A stretch of 63,345 nt of DNA, filler included, from Asterionella formosa (Eukaryota), in the NCBI GenBank assembly GCA_002256025.1. It is 10 parts of 10 records of this genome, joined end to end, with 100 filler letters (N's around TTAATTAATTAA, not from the genome) between each part and the next. Parts side by side here need not be neighbours in the genome. Positions count along the whole stretch, not along the records: positions 1 to 25,141 come from NKIB01002069.1; 9 more parts are not named here. One strand, given 5' to 3'. Of the stretch, positions 12,081 through 25,141 are shown piece after piece. The notes below the pieces were generated by a model. That model was given only the letters and a program-made list of their open reading frames with translations. It ran no database searches and was not told the origin of the DNA. The translations under genes were made by a program, and so were the position numbers. Position 1 is the first letter of the stretch. Every line of letters starts with the position of its first letter.

Positions 12081-13859
12081 ATGATGTTGACCAAACCGAG
12101 ACCGACAGAGGAGACGAAAGAAGCTCCTTCTGTCCAAAAGCCAGAAAGTTCGAAACCAAAATCTTCAACGGACGCTGTTGAGGATTTGGAACGACGCCTA
12201 GCGCTCCTTGGAGGTGCCAGTTCCAGCACCCTTCCTCCTCCTGAAGTTTCCGCCGGGGTTGATTTACAGGACGCTCCTTTGTTGGCTGCAAAAGCTCCTC
12301 CTATAAGCCACGCAGCTCCGCCTGTTGAGGCTGTCGGTGTTGGTGTCCCTTTGAAGGGCGGAAAGAGCGCTCTGTTGGTAAGGACTAGGTTTGAGAATAG
12401 TTCTATTCGTGTTTATCCTTCGTGCCCTTCATTGTTCTTAATCATCCTTTGTTACTTTGTTCTGCAGGCCCGTATTATGGCAGCTCAAGAACGCGCAAAG
12501 TTTGCTGGTCAAAAGCAAGCGTCAGAGATGGATCAGCATCCGGTCACCTCTGAACAAGTGATGAAGGATCCACCCCCTCCAGACTTTGATGATGCGTTTT
12601 TACCAATCCCCACAACTAAAATACAAGAAACTGCTCCACCCCCATCGTTTGATATGTTTGCCATGCAACAAATGCAGATGCTGCCTCCGCCATCTTTGTC
12701 GGACCCTGCTGTCGTGCCTTCTGCCCCAGCATTTGATCTACTCGATGTCTCCCAACCTGCCTCTACTCTACCAACGCAATCCAGTTCATTTGGAGGTTTC
12801 GAGCAGCTCATGTCTCCACCTCCTCCCACCGCTTTGTCTCCTGAAGAAGAAATAATCATGGGAATGGAGGGATTATCCGCCGAGGAGCGCAAAGCGCTCC
12901 TTGACGAACAGCGAACCATTATGGATCAGATTGAGAAAGAAAAGGCGGCGAACGAGGCTGCCATTGCCGAAGCAGCTGCTGATGACTTTGACCAGCGTAG
13001 CGCTCCTGCTGTTGCCCAGATCGCTGGAGGTGGAGCAACCAAGGCTAGGATGCCTGTCACAACTTCTGGCAAGCAGAAACCTGGGAGTAGAAAGGTAGAT
13101 CTTGGAGGTGGAAATGAAGTAGCTCTCCATGGGCCAGAAAAAACTCGTGCAGCGATCAAAGACGGAACCGCTATCCTTGTTCAGTGCATGAACTGTGAGA
13201 GTTGGATGCAAGTAACAGCCCATGCTACTTTGATGTATTGCCCAGTATGTGCAGTGGTGAGCCCAGTTGAGGTTCAGTCTGCCGTTTGCACCCGCGAAGA
13301 AGCTTTGCAATTGACTATGGATCGACGAATGGCGGAACAAATGCAAAAGGAGGAATACGAAGCCGTCAATCGCGAGGAAGTAGCAGGAGGACCGGCAGCT
13401 GCTGCAACCACCAAGATTGCTGAAGAAGAAGCGTCGTGGTGGGATACTGTTTCAAATATGTTTTCAATCAAAAGCGAAACTTTGCAGCCAACGCCACAAA
13501 TTCAAAGACCACTTCTACGCGGAGAGGTTGGTGTATCGCTTCCTCCCGGAGCGTCAAAAAGTGCTGGGGGATTGAGCCCTACTCGCAATGATATCCAGAG
13601 TATCGACTTCACAGATTCCAATGATGAACGTGATGGTTTGTTGGGCAACGGAGGAGGTGGTCGAGCTCGTGTTGCAGAGAGGAAGCCAATGTTCTCTTGT
13701 GTGGTTGACAGCGTTGCCAACGCTGGGACATACCTCGGAAGTGCTCTAACAACTCACACACTTTCAGAAGACGACGAAGGTAATGTACATGGCGTTGACG
13801 CTTCCTCGCTTTTAGCTGTTTCAACTGTCTCAAGAGAAACGGATTATAAACCACTTTGA
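12081..13859 (+). CDS. Uncharacterised Pro-rich protein with coiled coil and CxxC...CxxC zinc ribbon (in-frame intron 12378-12467)
   Basis: Long ORF with a 90-nt GTAAG...CTGCAG intron removing the atypical VRTRF...FVLQ segment; VQCMNCESWMQV...LMYCPVC. Confidence 0.8.
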   Translation: MMLTKPRPTEETKEAPSVQKPESSKPKSSTDAVEDLERRLALLGGASSSTLPPPEVSAGVDLQDAPLLAAKAPPISHAAPPVEAVGVGVPLKGGKSALLVRTRFENSSIRVYPSCPSLFLIILCYFVLQARIMAAQERAKFAGQKQASEMDQHPVTSEQVMKDPPPPDFDDAFLPIPTTKIQETAPPPSFDMFAMQQMQMLPPPSLSDPAVVPSAPAFDLLDVSQPASTLPTQSSSFGGFEQLMSPPPPTALSPEEEIIMGMEGLSAEERKALLDEQRTIMDQIEKEKAANEAAIAEAAADDFDQRSAPAVAQIAGGGATKARMPVTTSGKQKPGSRKVDLGGGNEVALHGPEKTRAAIKDGTAILVQCMNCESWMQVTAHATLMYCPVCAVVSPVEVQSAVCTREEALQLTMDRRMAEQMQKEEYEAVNREEVAGGPAAAATTKIAEEEASWWDTVSNMFSIKSETLQPTPQIQRPLLRGEVGVSLPPGASKSAGGLSPTRNDIQSIDFTDSNDERDGLLGNGGGGRARVAERKPMFSCVVDSVANAGTYLGSALTTHTLSEDDEGNVHGVDASSLLAVSTVSRETDYKPL

Positions 13860-14403
13860 ATTTTGCGGCTCGCTCCCATGTTTAGATTTCACATTCGTCA
13901 ATAATTATGATGTGACCTTTTAAGGTTACATAAAGTAATTTAATGATGTTTTGTTTGCACAAGTTTTGTATGTTGCGATTTTTCTGAAACCATATGTTGG
14001 GATTGCTTTGCTTTTGCTTGCTATAGCTGGATGTGGCACCAAACAGAAGTTGGAAAATCCAAAAGCTCCCAATTCCAGAGGGACAAAAAATAATGGATGC
14101 TTGTCAAAAACGGCTTTTCTGTTCGTATCCTTAAATATTATTGTGGTCTTTTTGCAATTTCTGGTTCCATCATTAGTTAGTCATTTGATTAGGATGGCAT
14201 CCATTGACCATCAATTGGGTCTTGATCCCCACCACTGGTGGAAGGGCATTATTAGATGGGTTTTCTGTTGTTTGCAAGAAGGAAGTGGTGATTTCCAAAT
14301 GCTATGCAATGTGCAATGTACAATGTCCAAACCTGCTTCAACCAGCTGAAAAACTTCCCTATGCTTGTCCGATCTTGGGGTTCCTATTTTCACTTTTTCT
14401 AAA

Positions 14404-14726
14404 AGATGCTACTTATAACATTGCATATCATACTTTGGTTGCTCCAAACATCGCTCATGTTCAATTTTTCTTGAAATTTTATGTGACAATCATTCTCGTG
14501 TGTTTGATGCTTGTTTTACCATCACTAGTGCAACATATGTACCAGTATTTCTATAGATTTTACAGTTTTTCTCGCTGTCATGCTTAATCTGCAATTTTTT
14601 TGCCAAAAAATTTGATGTACCCCCATATTGCCCCTTCATAAAAATTACCTAAGGAATTACTTAGAGCCTAAAATTACTTAGAAGTAGTGCCGGAATGGCA
14701 AGCAAGATAATAGGAATTGCTCACAT
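14404..14726 (+). repeat. Dispersed repeat or probable transposon end; inverted copy at ~57268-57566
   Basis: Shared GATGCTACTTAT..CAT.GCAT.TCATACTTTGGTTGCTCCAAACATC...AATTACTTAGAGCCTAAA..TTACTTA; both copies end at GGAATTGCT(C/G)ACAT. Confidence 0.8.
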
Positions 14727-15054
14727 CTACGCCATCAATCATACACGCCAATATGTACTTGGTTTGTGTACAAATATGTAGTACCAGGGACATGCGGTTA
14801 TAAAGATAACAGCTTTCGACGACAAAGACGGCCCTGCACTATCTGGTACTAAATGTACATGCATATTTTTATAAGATCATGTTTTCTATCCCGTGAACTT
14901 TCACATCATCTACCGGCAGTCACATACCGACCATAAACTATTATTATGCATAGCATGTAGGTTCATGACTTTCATTCTCTCATTATGATCTCGTAAATTT
15001 TAGATCTTTGAAACATAATTGTTAGCATTTACTAGCACTTGTCCTTCACTGATT

Positions 15055-16998
15055 ATGCCGCCACTTCGCCATGAAGAAATCTCTAAGGAGGCCAAGGAAG
15101 GAGGCACGAATAAGACAAACGGAGGATTCCACAAGAATGATCGAGCAGCAGTCGCAACAACAACAAATAACGAAACTGACAGTGGCGTAAAACTGTGTTC
15201 TGTTTGCGGCAACAACGGACCATTCTCTGTGAGACAGCTCAAACGAAAAGGCAAACAAGCTCGATGTTCCCAATGTATTCAAGATAACATAGGGTCGCCA
15301 CCTGAAAAGGTTCAAGAAGAAAGTGAACGCAAAGCAGATACATCAATCATGGTGGTTGCTTCGAACAACAAACGGAAACGCATTTATTTCTCCGACGGTG
15401 GCTCTGTTTCCCGCGAATCGTCACCCTCGTCCTCCTCGTCGTCCACAAGCTCGCCCTCATCTTCCATGGAACAAGTCATGGACGTGTCTCTCAATGATAT
15501 CAAACGAAACGTCCTCGGCCGCTTACTCCAAACCAACGATAGGCCTGACCACGAGAGTACCACCAACAACGACGACGAACTCATCGATGACGCGAACATC
15601 GAGAACCTTCGAAAGGATTTGACCTGTGCCATTTGTCACGAGATATTTCATTCCCCGGTTTCTCTTTGCTGTGGACATTCCTTTTGTCATGACTGCGTGC
15701 ACTGGTGGCTTCAACGCTCAGACTCATGTCCCACATGTCGCAGCAAACTCACTGCTACAAAGGAAGCATCCATTGGAATAAACACGGCCCTCCGAGCATG
15801 TGTCACAACCCTGTTTCAAGAGGAAGTGCGACAGCGTGAACATGCCGATTTTCGCGCGAAACAAAAAGCCATATCTGGAGAACATGGAGGTGCCCATTCG
15901 AAGGGATATGAATCCATAGAAGCGCTGGAGGATGCACTTTGGAAAAATGTCCAGAACCGTTTTAATTTGTCAGCTAGACGATCGATTGTCATGGATGCGA
16001 ATGACCAAAGAATGCAGTTGGCCATGGCTATTCATGGTGATGAACCCATCGAATTTGTTCAAGCTAGAAACGGAAAAAATGGTGAACTTCATGTGACATT
16101 GTGTTTGCTAACTATGGAAGAGGACGAAGCAAGCGATGTTGATGGTTTTCCGTTGATCGTTAAAGAAGACGATAGTGCTCTCATTGTGACGGAAGACCGC
16201 TTCCAGTACTCTTTCGTCGAAGCGACGGCAAGGATTGGTGGAACGGTGCCAATGTCAAATGTCCCAATTTCACGTATTGGAATGCGGCAGGGTCTGGTAC
16301 ACTTTCATATTGATCTAGGGACACCAGCACTTCAAAATGCAGTTTCGATCTACTTTCGTGATGAAGAAACTGGTGTAGAACTCGAGGTACGGGTACCACC
16401 ACCAAGAAGTTCTTCTGGAATTGACCCGAATCGTGACACAGAGCTGAGTCAACTAGAAGAGGGTAACCTTTCTGGTATGTTGAGCGACAACGAAGACTTA
16501 ATTATGAATCGAAGTGTTGACTTGGACAAGTTCGAAGACGATGGATTTGTTGTGAATTCCTCCGACGAGGAAGATTTCGAAGACGACTCTGATAGTAGTG
16601 GAATTGGATTGTCAGACGATAATACTGGTAATGACGACGAGCAGCATATCGAAGATGTGTGCGTTATATGTATGGATGGTGGTGAACTCATGGTATGTGA
16701 TGGAGGAAACAAGTTGCCGGGCTGCGGAAAGAGCTTTCATATTGAGTGTGTCGGACGTGATGTAGTACCACCAGGAGATTGGGTTTGTGAAAAATGCGCG
16801 AATGCAGGAGGAATTAATGTGGGCATTGAGGGTTTTGAGTTTGTCTCGGATGATAAGCATAAAGACACCCATAAAAATAACGAGGGAACATATCAACCTG
16901 ATGGAGGTGAGAGCGACGAGTCCTCTGTGGTGCCTCCAGCAAGGAAGGGCAAAAAGGCGAAAAGGAAAGCCATTTCTGACAGTGATGATGATGATTAG
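15055..16998 (+). CDS. Zinc-finger protein: N-terminal Stc1-like C4 finger, C3HC4 RING, C-terminal PHD finger (putative chromatin E3 ligase)
   Basis: CSVC..FSVRQLKRK...RCSQC; CAICHEIFHSPVSLCCGHSFCHDC...CPTC; CVICMDGGELMVCDG...CGKSFHIECV...PPGDWVCEKC; basic C-terminal NLS-like stretch. Confidence 0.85.
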   Translation: MPPLRHEEISKEAKEGGTNKTNGGFHKNDRAAVATTTNNETDSGVKLCSVCGNNGPFSVRQLKRKGKQARCSQCIQDNIGSPPEKVQEESERKADTSIMVVASNNKRKRIYFSDGGSVSRESSPSSSSSSTSSPSSSMEQVMDVSLNDIKRNVLGRLLQTNDRPDHESTTNNDDELIDDANIENLRKDLTCAICHEIFHSPVSLCCGHSFCHDCVHWWLQRSDSCPTCRSKLTATKEASIGINTALRACVTTLFQEEVRQREHADFRAKQKAISGEHGGAHSKGYESIEALEDALWKNVQNRFNLSARRSIVMDANDQRMQLAMAIHGDEPIEFVQARNGKNGELHVTLCLLTMEEDEASDVDGFPLIVKEDDSALIVTEDRFQYSFVEATARIGGTVPMSNVPISRIGMRQGLVHFHIDLGTPALQNAVSIYFRDEETGVELEVRVPPPRSSSGIDPNRDTELSQLEEGNLSGMLSDNEDLIMNRSVDLDKFEDDGFVVNSSDEEDFEDDSDSSGIGLSDDNTGNDDEQHIEDVCVICMDGGELMVCDGGNKLPGCGKSFHIECVGRDVVPPGDWVCEKCANAGGINVGIEGFEFVSDDKHKDTHKNNEGTYQPDGGESDESSVVPPARKGKKAKRKAISDSDDDD

Positions 16999-17469
16999 AT
17001 ATGTTCGACTTGCATTAAATAACAACCCCTTATCAGATGGGAAACAGCAGTCTGCCACCCATGAATTGCTCATTTTTGTTACTGCCAGATCGCGTCATAT
17101 ATTGCATGCAAGACAATGATTTCAAATAATTTCATCAAACACGCTTTATCAAGATTTCTCCCCTTCCATCAAAGAGACATGTAGTAGGCTTTTTCAATGA
17201 TTCACAGATTTTCCTCTAATCCCTATCCTCTCTCGCTTGGTGTCAGTATCAATAATGAGCGAGTTCAAGGCACTCTACTGGTCAGAACACTTTTCCACAT
17301 AAGATCCTGTCTCTGTTTTCATATAATGGGTGAGAGCATCTTAAACTCAGACTAGTATCATAGTTCGACAAAGTCTAAATGATTTAAATACCCTCTGTCT
17401 AGTGAATCTTGACCACTGTATCAGCACAAGCCATTGACATCCTCACTGGACTCCCAAGGTGTTTGGTGG

Positions 17470-18346
17470 TTAATCATTCAAGGATGAAAGAAAGTCCAGC
17501 AGCCCAGATTTTTTCCCAAAACTTTTCTTAGCTTTCTTTGATTTTGACTTATCCAGATGATCTTTCTTTCCCGGTCCAGATAATGTGGCGTTATCCTTGC
17601 TTCTGTTAGGCAATGGAACAACATCTAACAGCCCGAGGTCATGATCTTTTTCTTCACTATGCTTGACATTTTTTGTTTGAGTTTTTCTTGTAGATGCTGA
17701 AATTTTCTCTTTCTTCGTCCTGACCCGGTTTGGCTGTCCTCTCATCTTCTGTTTCGTGCCACAATATCCACAAGTTAGAACAATAGCATTCCGGCAGCTG
17801 CCATTATTCACTTGATTCATTCCTGGGCCATTTATATCTTTCGCTTCTGTCCACTTCTTCCCTCCACTTTTTGAAATTGATTTCTTTCTCACTTGATCAA
17901 CGGCCTGTAAAAGACATAGACATTAGATACCTCCAATTATGTCGGGACAAAAAAAATAAGTAAACGTCGACACACACCTTCTGTCGGGAAGCTCTCCTTC
18001 GCCGCGTCTTCCCTCGTCCAAGTCGCGTCACTCGCAACGTCGATGCGCCTGTAACGAGCCACATCCCACACATGGAACAATGGATCATTGTAGACGGAAC
18101 GCTGACATCTAGTTTCGCACCGTTCTCATCTGCAACTAATAATACCGGCACTAATATTGTTGCTCCTTCCACGTCGCAGTCATCGCATGCGCTTCGACCG
18201 AGGCTCTGTCCGGCCATGAGGATCATCTCGCTTCGGCATGATGATGACTGATGTTTATCAACAGCACTCTTGCACAGGAAATGGGATGCCTGCCTTCGAT
18301 AAATAGCACGGACGTCAAGCAATCGACTTTCATCCATGTCAAGCAT
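17470..18346 (-). CDS. Rpr2/Rpp21/Snm1-like RNase P/MRP subunit (intron 17905-17977)
   Basis: N-terminal helix HFL..SA, CSMCG..LV, then after a GT-AG intron joining RQK|AVDQ, AIVLTCGYCG; Lys-rich tail ending LLDFLSSL. Confidence 0.65.
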
Positions 18347-18529
18347 TGACAAAAGTACCGTCTACAAATTAATTAGACTACCGGTATACATGTAGCACAT
18401 ATCTAATGCATAATATCATGGCGGAAATATATTTTATGTCCTCCCCATCACAGTGTGTAGCAATCACAGACAAATTGTTTATACATCAGACGCGCGTATT
18501 CTTATATTGACCGGGTGGTGTACTTTTTC

Positions 18530-20300
18530 AACTTTCCATTTCCAACAGTGTCTGCTGTGTTTGTTTTAAGATCAAAAGAAGTGATCCAAATGGTTCAATG
18601 AACCTGAAACTCCCATCATTAACTGGAACCAACTGGATCATTTCGAAGTATTTCTTAACCCTGACCCTCCACTTGTACATCAATACTTTGGATACTTTCA
18701 TTTTGACAAGCCAACACACCAACTGCCCAATCCTGTGTGTCCAGCCATGCAACCCGAGCTTATTATTTCTGTGCCAGTATACTGTAGTATTCACATGTTC
18801 AAATAAAACAGAATTCCCATTTCCCCACTGTTCTTGCAGATCACAGGGCATGCATGTAAAAAAGCAATTCTTGCAAATTTAGCATTGATGGAAGGAATAT
18901 AAAAACTTAAATATAAGGTGAATGCAATGTATCCAAATCACAAAATTCTTTTGTGATGTTTGATCTTTTCTCATATGCTTTTTGAGACGAGGTGATAGTA
19001 AAAAGTATGGCACCCTCATGCATCTTCGTTTTGCTCCAGATGGCTGAGAGTAATGATAATCAATCAAACAAAGTCACCAGATATACTGAACACATGCATC
19101 TGTAACTTACAGGACTTGGGGAATCGAATTGGAGAAGTCAAAATGTCACAAGATAAATTTTGAATATTGATGCAACTGATATTATAAAAGCTGTTTCTCA
19201 AAACTAGAATAACAATAATAATATTAATAAAGCATTATATTCACAAAATCCTCAATGCATGACTACAAATGGCGTCCCACTTTATCTTCTCCTCAATCGT
19301 TTCAAACTCTGGAATGCTTCTTCAGACAGCCTAACTCCTTGATTGTCAAGTGCTTCTTGCTTTCACTTTTAAAGAATTTCATTTCCTTTGGAACTCCAGT
19401 CATTTCACAATCATTAAAATATGCAGCAATAATTAGGATAGGTACATCGTTTTCTTTGATGAAGAATACACAAGGATCTATCTTGCTTTGCTGCAATATG
19501 AATTATTAAAAGTTTTGATCCGATTTCTTGAAGAATTCAAGTGACACTTGAACTGTGCCATACATCGACTTTTTCAACATAATGCAATTGTTTTCTCTTG
19601 TTTGTTTTGTATCAACACAAGACTCTAAACCCCATCTGGCCACTCATGTCTCCTTCAGAAAGAGCCGCTTCAAGAGCAATGATTTCACACACCAATCATT
19701 TGTCCTCACAGCACTTATTCCATTTTAATGACAAGATGGCAAATATCAAATGCATGCTAAAGCAAATTCTGACTTCTTCTTCTTGGAAATCCAGCATACT
19801 CTTTAAGATTTTCTTCATTTGTGATATTCACAAGTAACTGTTCTCCAAAAATTTCTTTTGTAGAAGATGGAGTTTTCACTTTTTATTGCAATTGTCCATT
19901 ACTTGCACTCCTCTCATTTGCAATTCGATGTCTTTCTTTTCAAATGAGATTTCGATTTGACTCATCTTCTTCCAGATGCTGACGATAGCAATGAACTACT
20001 CAGCTGCATCAGCCACTGTCCTTTCCAGAGTGCTACAGCTATTGAATCCAACCATAAGCTGAATTAAATCTGTAACTTGATGAGGAGCATAGTAGCAATC
20101 CTCCAAATACTGCCAGGCAAGAAAGCAATCAACATCTATCATCAAAATAAGAAATGCAGTTCCACTGACACTTTGAATCAATAGCTGAAACGCTTTGTGG
20201 TTGCCTTCAAACTCATACTTAGTCTTCTCTTCCCCTGATCACATCATAATGTGATTGTGCTTCATTTTTAATGCATAAGCATCTCAAATTCTTACCAACA
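18530..20300 (-). mobile_element. Highly decayed Ty1/copia remnant (gag and RT pieces)
   Basis: SKIDPCVF...IIAAYFNDC (degenerate YVDD)...TIKELGCLKKH at 19302-19496, preceded by LKKSMYGTVQ; many stops. Boundaries approximate. Confidence 0.7.
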
Positions 20301-20718
20301 TGAACATTTCATGTCTTGGTTTCTAATCACTCAAAATATCAATCCTCAACTTGTAGGATTCCATAAATTTTATCACTTTGCAGCAATATGCATGGCTTTA
20401 TTAGGTTTACACTTTACTTAAGAGTATCACAGTATTCTAGGGCAGGATCATGAGTTAAAACCAAGCAAAGGATAGACACCACTTAAATCAATGTTGATCA
20501 TGCTGCTGAGCCATTATTATTTAGTATCAACATCATTTAATGAGCATGTGCTATGACTGATTGGCACCTAAGTCGACCTGAAGAAAAAATGGTGTGTCAA
20601 CACCAGGTGAAAACCATTTCCAAAACAGAATTCAACAGTTTTAAGGTGAAATTATATATGCTTTGTTCATAAACGTTTCTTGAGGTCTGCAATATTGGAT
20701 ACTTCACATGTACGCTTA

Positions 20719-22326
20719 TTAGTCCTTTTTGTCTGCAGGGTCATCATAGGATTCATCATTTAAGCCTTCTTCTTCCAAAATCTGTGTCAACTCCTCTTTG
20801 GCACGCTTCAACAGAGTCTCCTCCTTGCGCTTCTGTTTTTCGTCAAAGTCAGCATATTCAATTTCCGCATTGATTTTTTCTCCATGGATCTCACGATATT
20901 TTAGTTCCCCTTCCATCAGAGCACGGTCCCAAACAGCTTGCACATATTTGTCCTCCTTCAACTCAGTGGTCCCTGCCATACTCTCACGGAAGAACTCTCT
21001 CTTTGCCCATTCCTTGGCTATGGTTTCAATCTCTGTTGACTTTGCTGTTGCAGCAGCCTCTTTCTCCTTCCTGGCCGTCTCAGCAGCCGTCTTTTCAACG
21101 TCCTTGTCAGCGTATTCTGGTGCTTCCCACCAGTTAGGTCCACCATATCCCGCACCCCGGTAATAAGGTGATTTCTTGAAGTCGGCAATGGCATCCTTGT
21201 AATTCTGGATAGTTTCAAGATATGTGAGAGTGACAATCACAAAACAGAAAATTCCACATGCGATTCAAATCTTTCATACCTTTGGACCATCTTTGAGCAT
21301 ATGCTCGATTTCTTCGGCATGGTTGAAACCCCCCTCACGAAGTCCCTTGATCAACTTGGCTTCTGTCTCTTCGGGATCATATATTTCAGCAAACGCCAAG
21401 GCTTTGCATGATCCGGCATCACACTGAAGCATATCGGTAACCAAACGCATGGCCAACTCACGAGAAAACTCGAGATCTTCAGGTAAGGTTCCATCTTCAG
21501 TACCCATGGGTTCGAAGGCGTAAGCGGCCGACCCTTCCGGATAGTCTTCGAGTTTACCAACAGCAACAATGTGGTATTCAACAGGGAGACTGATCAGGCG
21601 CTTCTCAATGGGTTCCATGTATCCAGCGGCCATGGCCGCAAATTTGTCGATGATTTCCTTGGACTTGTCCATATCCAGGTCAAACGCGTTCGTCAAGAGG
21701 ATTCCAACGTTTTGCAATGTCCCCTTGGACCCATACGCCACATCGTAAATTTCTTGAAGCTTGTTTAAGTGGTCTTCTTCCACAATAGCGATCCAGTTGC
21801 TAATGTTGTACTGCACAATCTCCTCAGTCGTTGGCAAGGCACCAGGCCCTTTGGCCTCGGCAAAGTCCAGTCGATCTAGGAGGCCTGAGTAGCGAGCGGA
21901 TCTAGACAACAACCGCTTCTTGGCGAACTTTGAATCGTCCACATGCGCGTAGATCTTGTCAAAATTAAATCCCGATGCTTCCGTGTTGAGCATGTCGAAG
22001 ATGGTCTGATCCGTTCTCTCGGAAGACCGGACCAACCCAGAAACCATGGCATTGCCTAGCAAGTTATCGCGAGAGATAATGCCGTAATCGTTCTTTTTCA
22101 GATACGCCTGGATGTTCTTCTCGGGATCTACGATTCGGTCGTCTTGAATAGACGATGGCTTCTTGTCAAAAGATGAAATCATTTGCAGAGGCGAACGGCT
22201 GGTGTCCGAGCGACCGAGAATAGCATTTCTCATCCCGGTGGAGAGAAATGCAGCGGGCATAAAGGCGGCGACGCTGCTGTCGGCAGCAATGGCCAGGGAG
22301 GCCAAGGCAAGAGGTACGGAGCGCAT
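20719..22326 (-). CDS. Nucleus-encoded plastid-targeted protein of unknown function (intron 21205-21279)
   Basis: Signal peptide MRSVPLALASLAIAA with ASAFAP-like cleavage site VAA/FMP and an S/R-rich transit peptide; GTATG...CCAG intron joins DGPK|NYKD in frame; charged helical C-terminus. Confidence 0.8.
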
Positions 22327-24314
22327 CCTACTGAGAGGAGATTGCAAAGAGTAAGAGAGAGACCGATAACGACGAGGCGACACACAAAATGCACCAAAAG
22401 CAAAGTGAGAAGTGGACTAAAATCGATGTCGACCGAACAAAGAAAAAGGACTTCCGAGAAAAACAAGATCTATAATATATCCATACATGTATACCGGTAT
22501 ATACAGAAATATACCACAGCCATGACAAGGAAGATTGAACCACACTCCTCTGTGCTGGTGGAGACGAATGATGAGTGAGTACCGGTACCGGTAATGCTAT
22601 CAGGGTACCGGTACCTGGTACCTGGTAACATGTACAGTCAGTACCAGGTGATATGTAATGCCAGGTCCAAGTCACCGATGTACGAGACCCGGAAATTGTC
22701 CAGAGACCAGATTGCCTTCGCACCTTCAGCCTTACAGTCTGGCCTTGTTGCAAAAACAGAACTCGTTGAAATCGTCAATCCATCGTCTCAGGTAAGTTAC
22801 GAAGAACTGACGTCGCTCGATCATTGTATGCGTGTACCCAGTAACTTCCGAACATCAGGTGGCCTGATGTGTAAGTAGCAGAATGTCAGAATACCTTGTG
22901 GTCTTCCGTAATATTTTACTCCATGACGGCCTTCCGAGGGTATATCAGAACAAGGGGCAGATGGTGGTCGAAAAAAATCACTCAACATCAGCCGCATGGT
23001 CAACATGAACAGACTGCTAATATGTGCAGCAAAGCATTGTTCTTGGTCACGATACCGTAGTATTGTAGCTACCTGGTACCAGGTACTAGGGACCTTGGCA
23101 GCAGCTGTACTAGACAGGTAGCAGGTAACAGGAACTGAACCTGGTACCTGGTACCACCATCTGGCCATTAGGTACCTGTACCAGGTAGTCTGCCAGGAGG
23201 TGCAGCAACAAGGAGGATTACAGCACCAGGTATCAGGGTACACGTACCTGGTACTCCCTCTGTCCAATAACAGTTGCATCGATAATTCAAATTTATCCAG
23301 GGCCATTTTGACTCCTATGATTTTCTCCGGCTCAATTGCCCTGTTGTGTGGCTTGCTCTAAGCTACAGAATTATGTTTATGTTGTATATAGAAAGATAAA
23401 AATTGGCAGCTACATTTCAAAAAAGGGTTTTTGGGCTTTTTTGATTTTCACTTATGACTATCTCAAGCAAAATGCAGATGCATGAGGACCCATTTTTCTT
23501 CGAAACATCTATTCTTGACATAGGTACAAAGTATGATATAACAGTAGAACAATTTAGTTAAGCATTTCAAATTCAATTTTTAATGATTTGTTCCCTACCT
23601 GTTTTGTTCTCATTAGGGTTGGTTGTTGCTTGCATCATGAATCATGTTGCGATATTTCTCAAGATCCATTTCGCTCCGTTTTTCTCAATCAATTAAGGGC
23701 AGATTGCAATCAAACAATTTGTAGTGAAGTTGTCTTTCACAATGATTTATCCTCTAAAAAATTAATCTTGAACTTGTATAATATTTGTTGTAACATCAAC
23801 TAGTCCTGCCTTGGAAATAACTGTATGATTGTGAACCATCACATGAAACCACGACAAGTAATCTTGTTCAGTATAATAGTAAATATTATTTACGTGAAGT
23901 GCACAACCATAAAATATAGCATGAATGAAGACACCACAAATATCCTTACTATGGCACCAAGGAAGATGCATGTCGTAAATGAATAAGCCTCAAGAGCAGG
24001 ACTTAGTTGAATTTTGCAATGAATTATTTGAAACATCAACTAATTCAGTCTTGAGTTCAAAGCTTTTGTGAAATCTTCACGTGAAACCGTGAAAAGTAAC
24101 CTTTTCTATGGGAAGAGTAGCATTAATTCTTGTGAAGTAGTACCACATAATTAACACTCCTACATAGAACAAATTTCGAAAAAGTGGCATATTTCGCGGC
24201 TTAGATGTATGTGATACTACTACCAGGTATATTGCATCTTGCCATGTATTAGAAGAAATGTTCATATTGCCCCTGAATATTGAATTGCTTCCTAAGCAGA
24301 GTACCATATACTTC

Positions 24315-24389
24315 ATTGTCCTGGACCCCCCAATGTACACTGCCATGACTGAATTTGACTGGTTTTACTTAAGGGGGGCCCAGGACAAT
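24315..24389. repeat. 17-bp inverted repeat (1 mismatch) around a 41-nt spacer
   Basis: ATTGTCCTGGACCCCCC (24315-24331) and GGGGGGCCCAGGACAAT (24373-24389). Confidence 0.7.
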
Positions 24390-25141
24390 AAAGAGATTTC
24401 CCTAATACTGGACCTAAGTAAATTTCATTGTTAGTTCTACAGGATAGCGCACATTTTTCCAAGGTGTATTAATATGACAATTATTTCCGTGATGTGAAAA
24501 ATGAGAGAGTTTTTCACCTCGCAAGAAAAACGCGACCTTATGTTGTTATCGGCGATCTCAATTTTCGTTGTCATTATTATTGTTATTACTATAATTCTTT
24601 TACGACTTTTTTCCATGTCGTTCTTCTTAAAACAGGAGGTAGCAAGTAGCAAAGCGTCATTCTCTATTTTCGTGGAGATAATTCGTATTTTCGTCATGGT
24701 CAAGGCTGCAACAACATTATGAAGGATTTTCCAGCTGCTCACAGCCACTACCTGTCTTTTCTTGTGTTTTGTATGTACCACATTCCATTGCTCTAACCCC
24801 GCCAGCCATTGTTGGCCATGTCATTTCCAATCACTCAAGCATCCACAGATATTTTTGTTAGTAGTCTCACCACCTCTGTATGTTAGGGGGCGGGGATTGT
24901 GATCTTGGACAGCTTCCATAGTATTCTTCATGACCACTCATCTAAGCCGCGTATTACGTGAAGTGACCATCACGTAAATAAGCCTAGTTGATTTTGAATG
25001 CATCACATGAATTAGTTGAATACATCAAAATACGTAGTTGAACATGTCTATATATTATCTGAATACATCACGTTAAATATTTGATCAAAGTATCATGCAT
25101 GCATTCCTGATCATCACTATATTATGTGATCACCTTCACAT

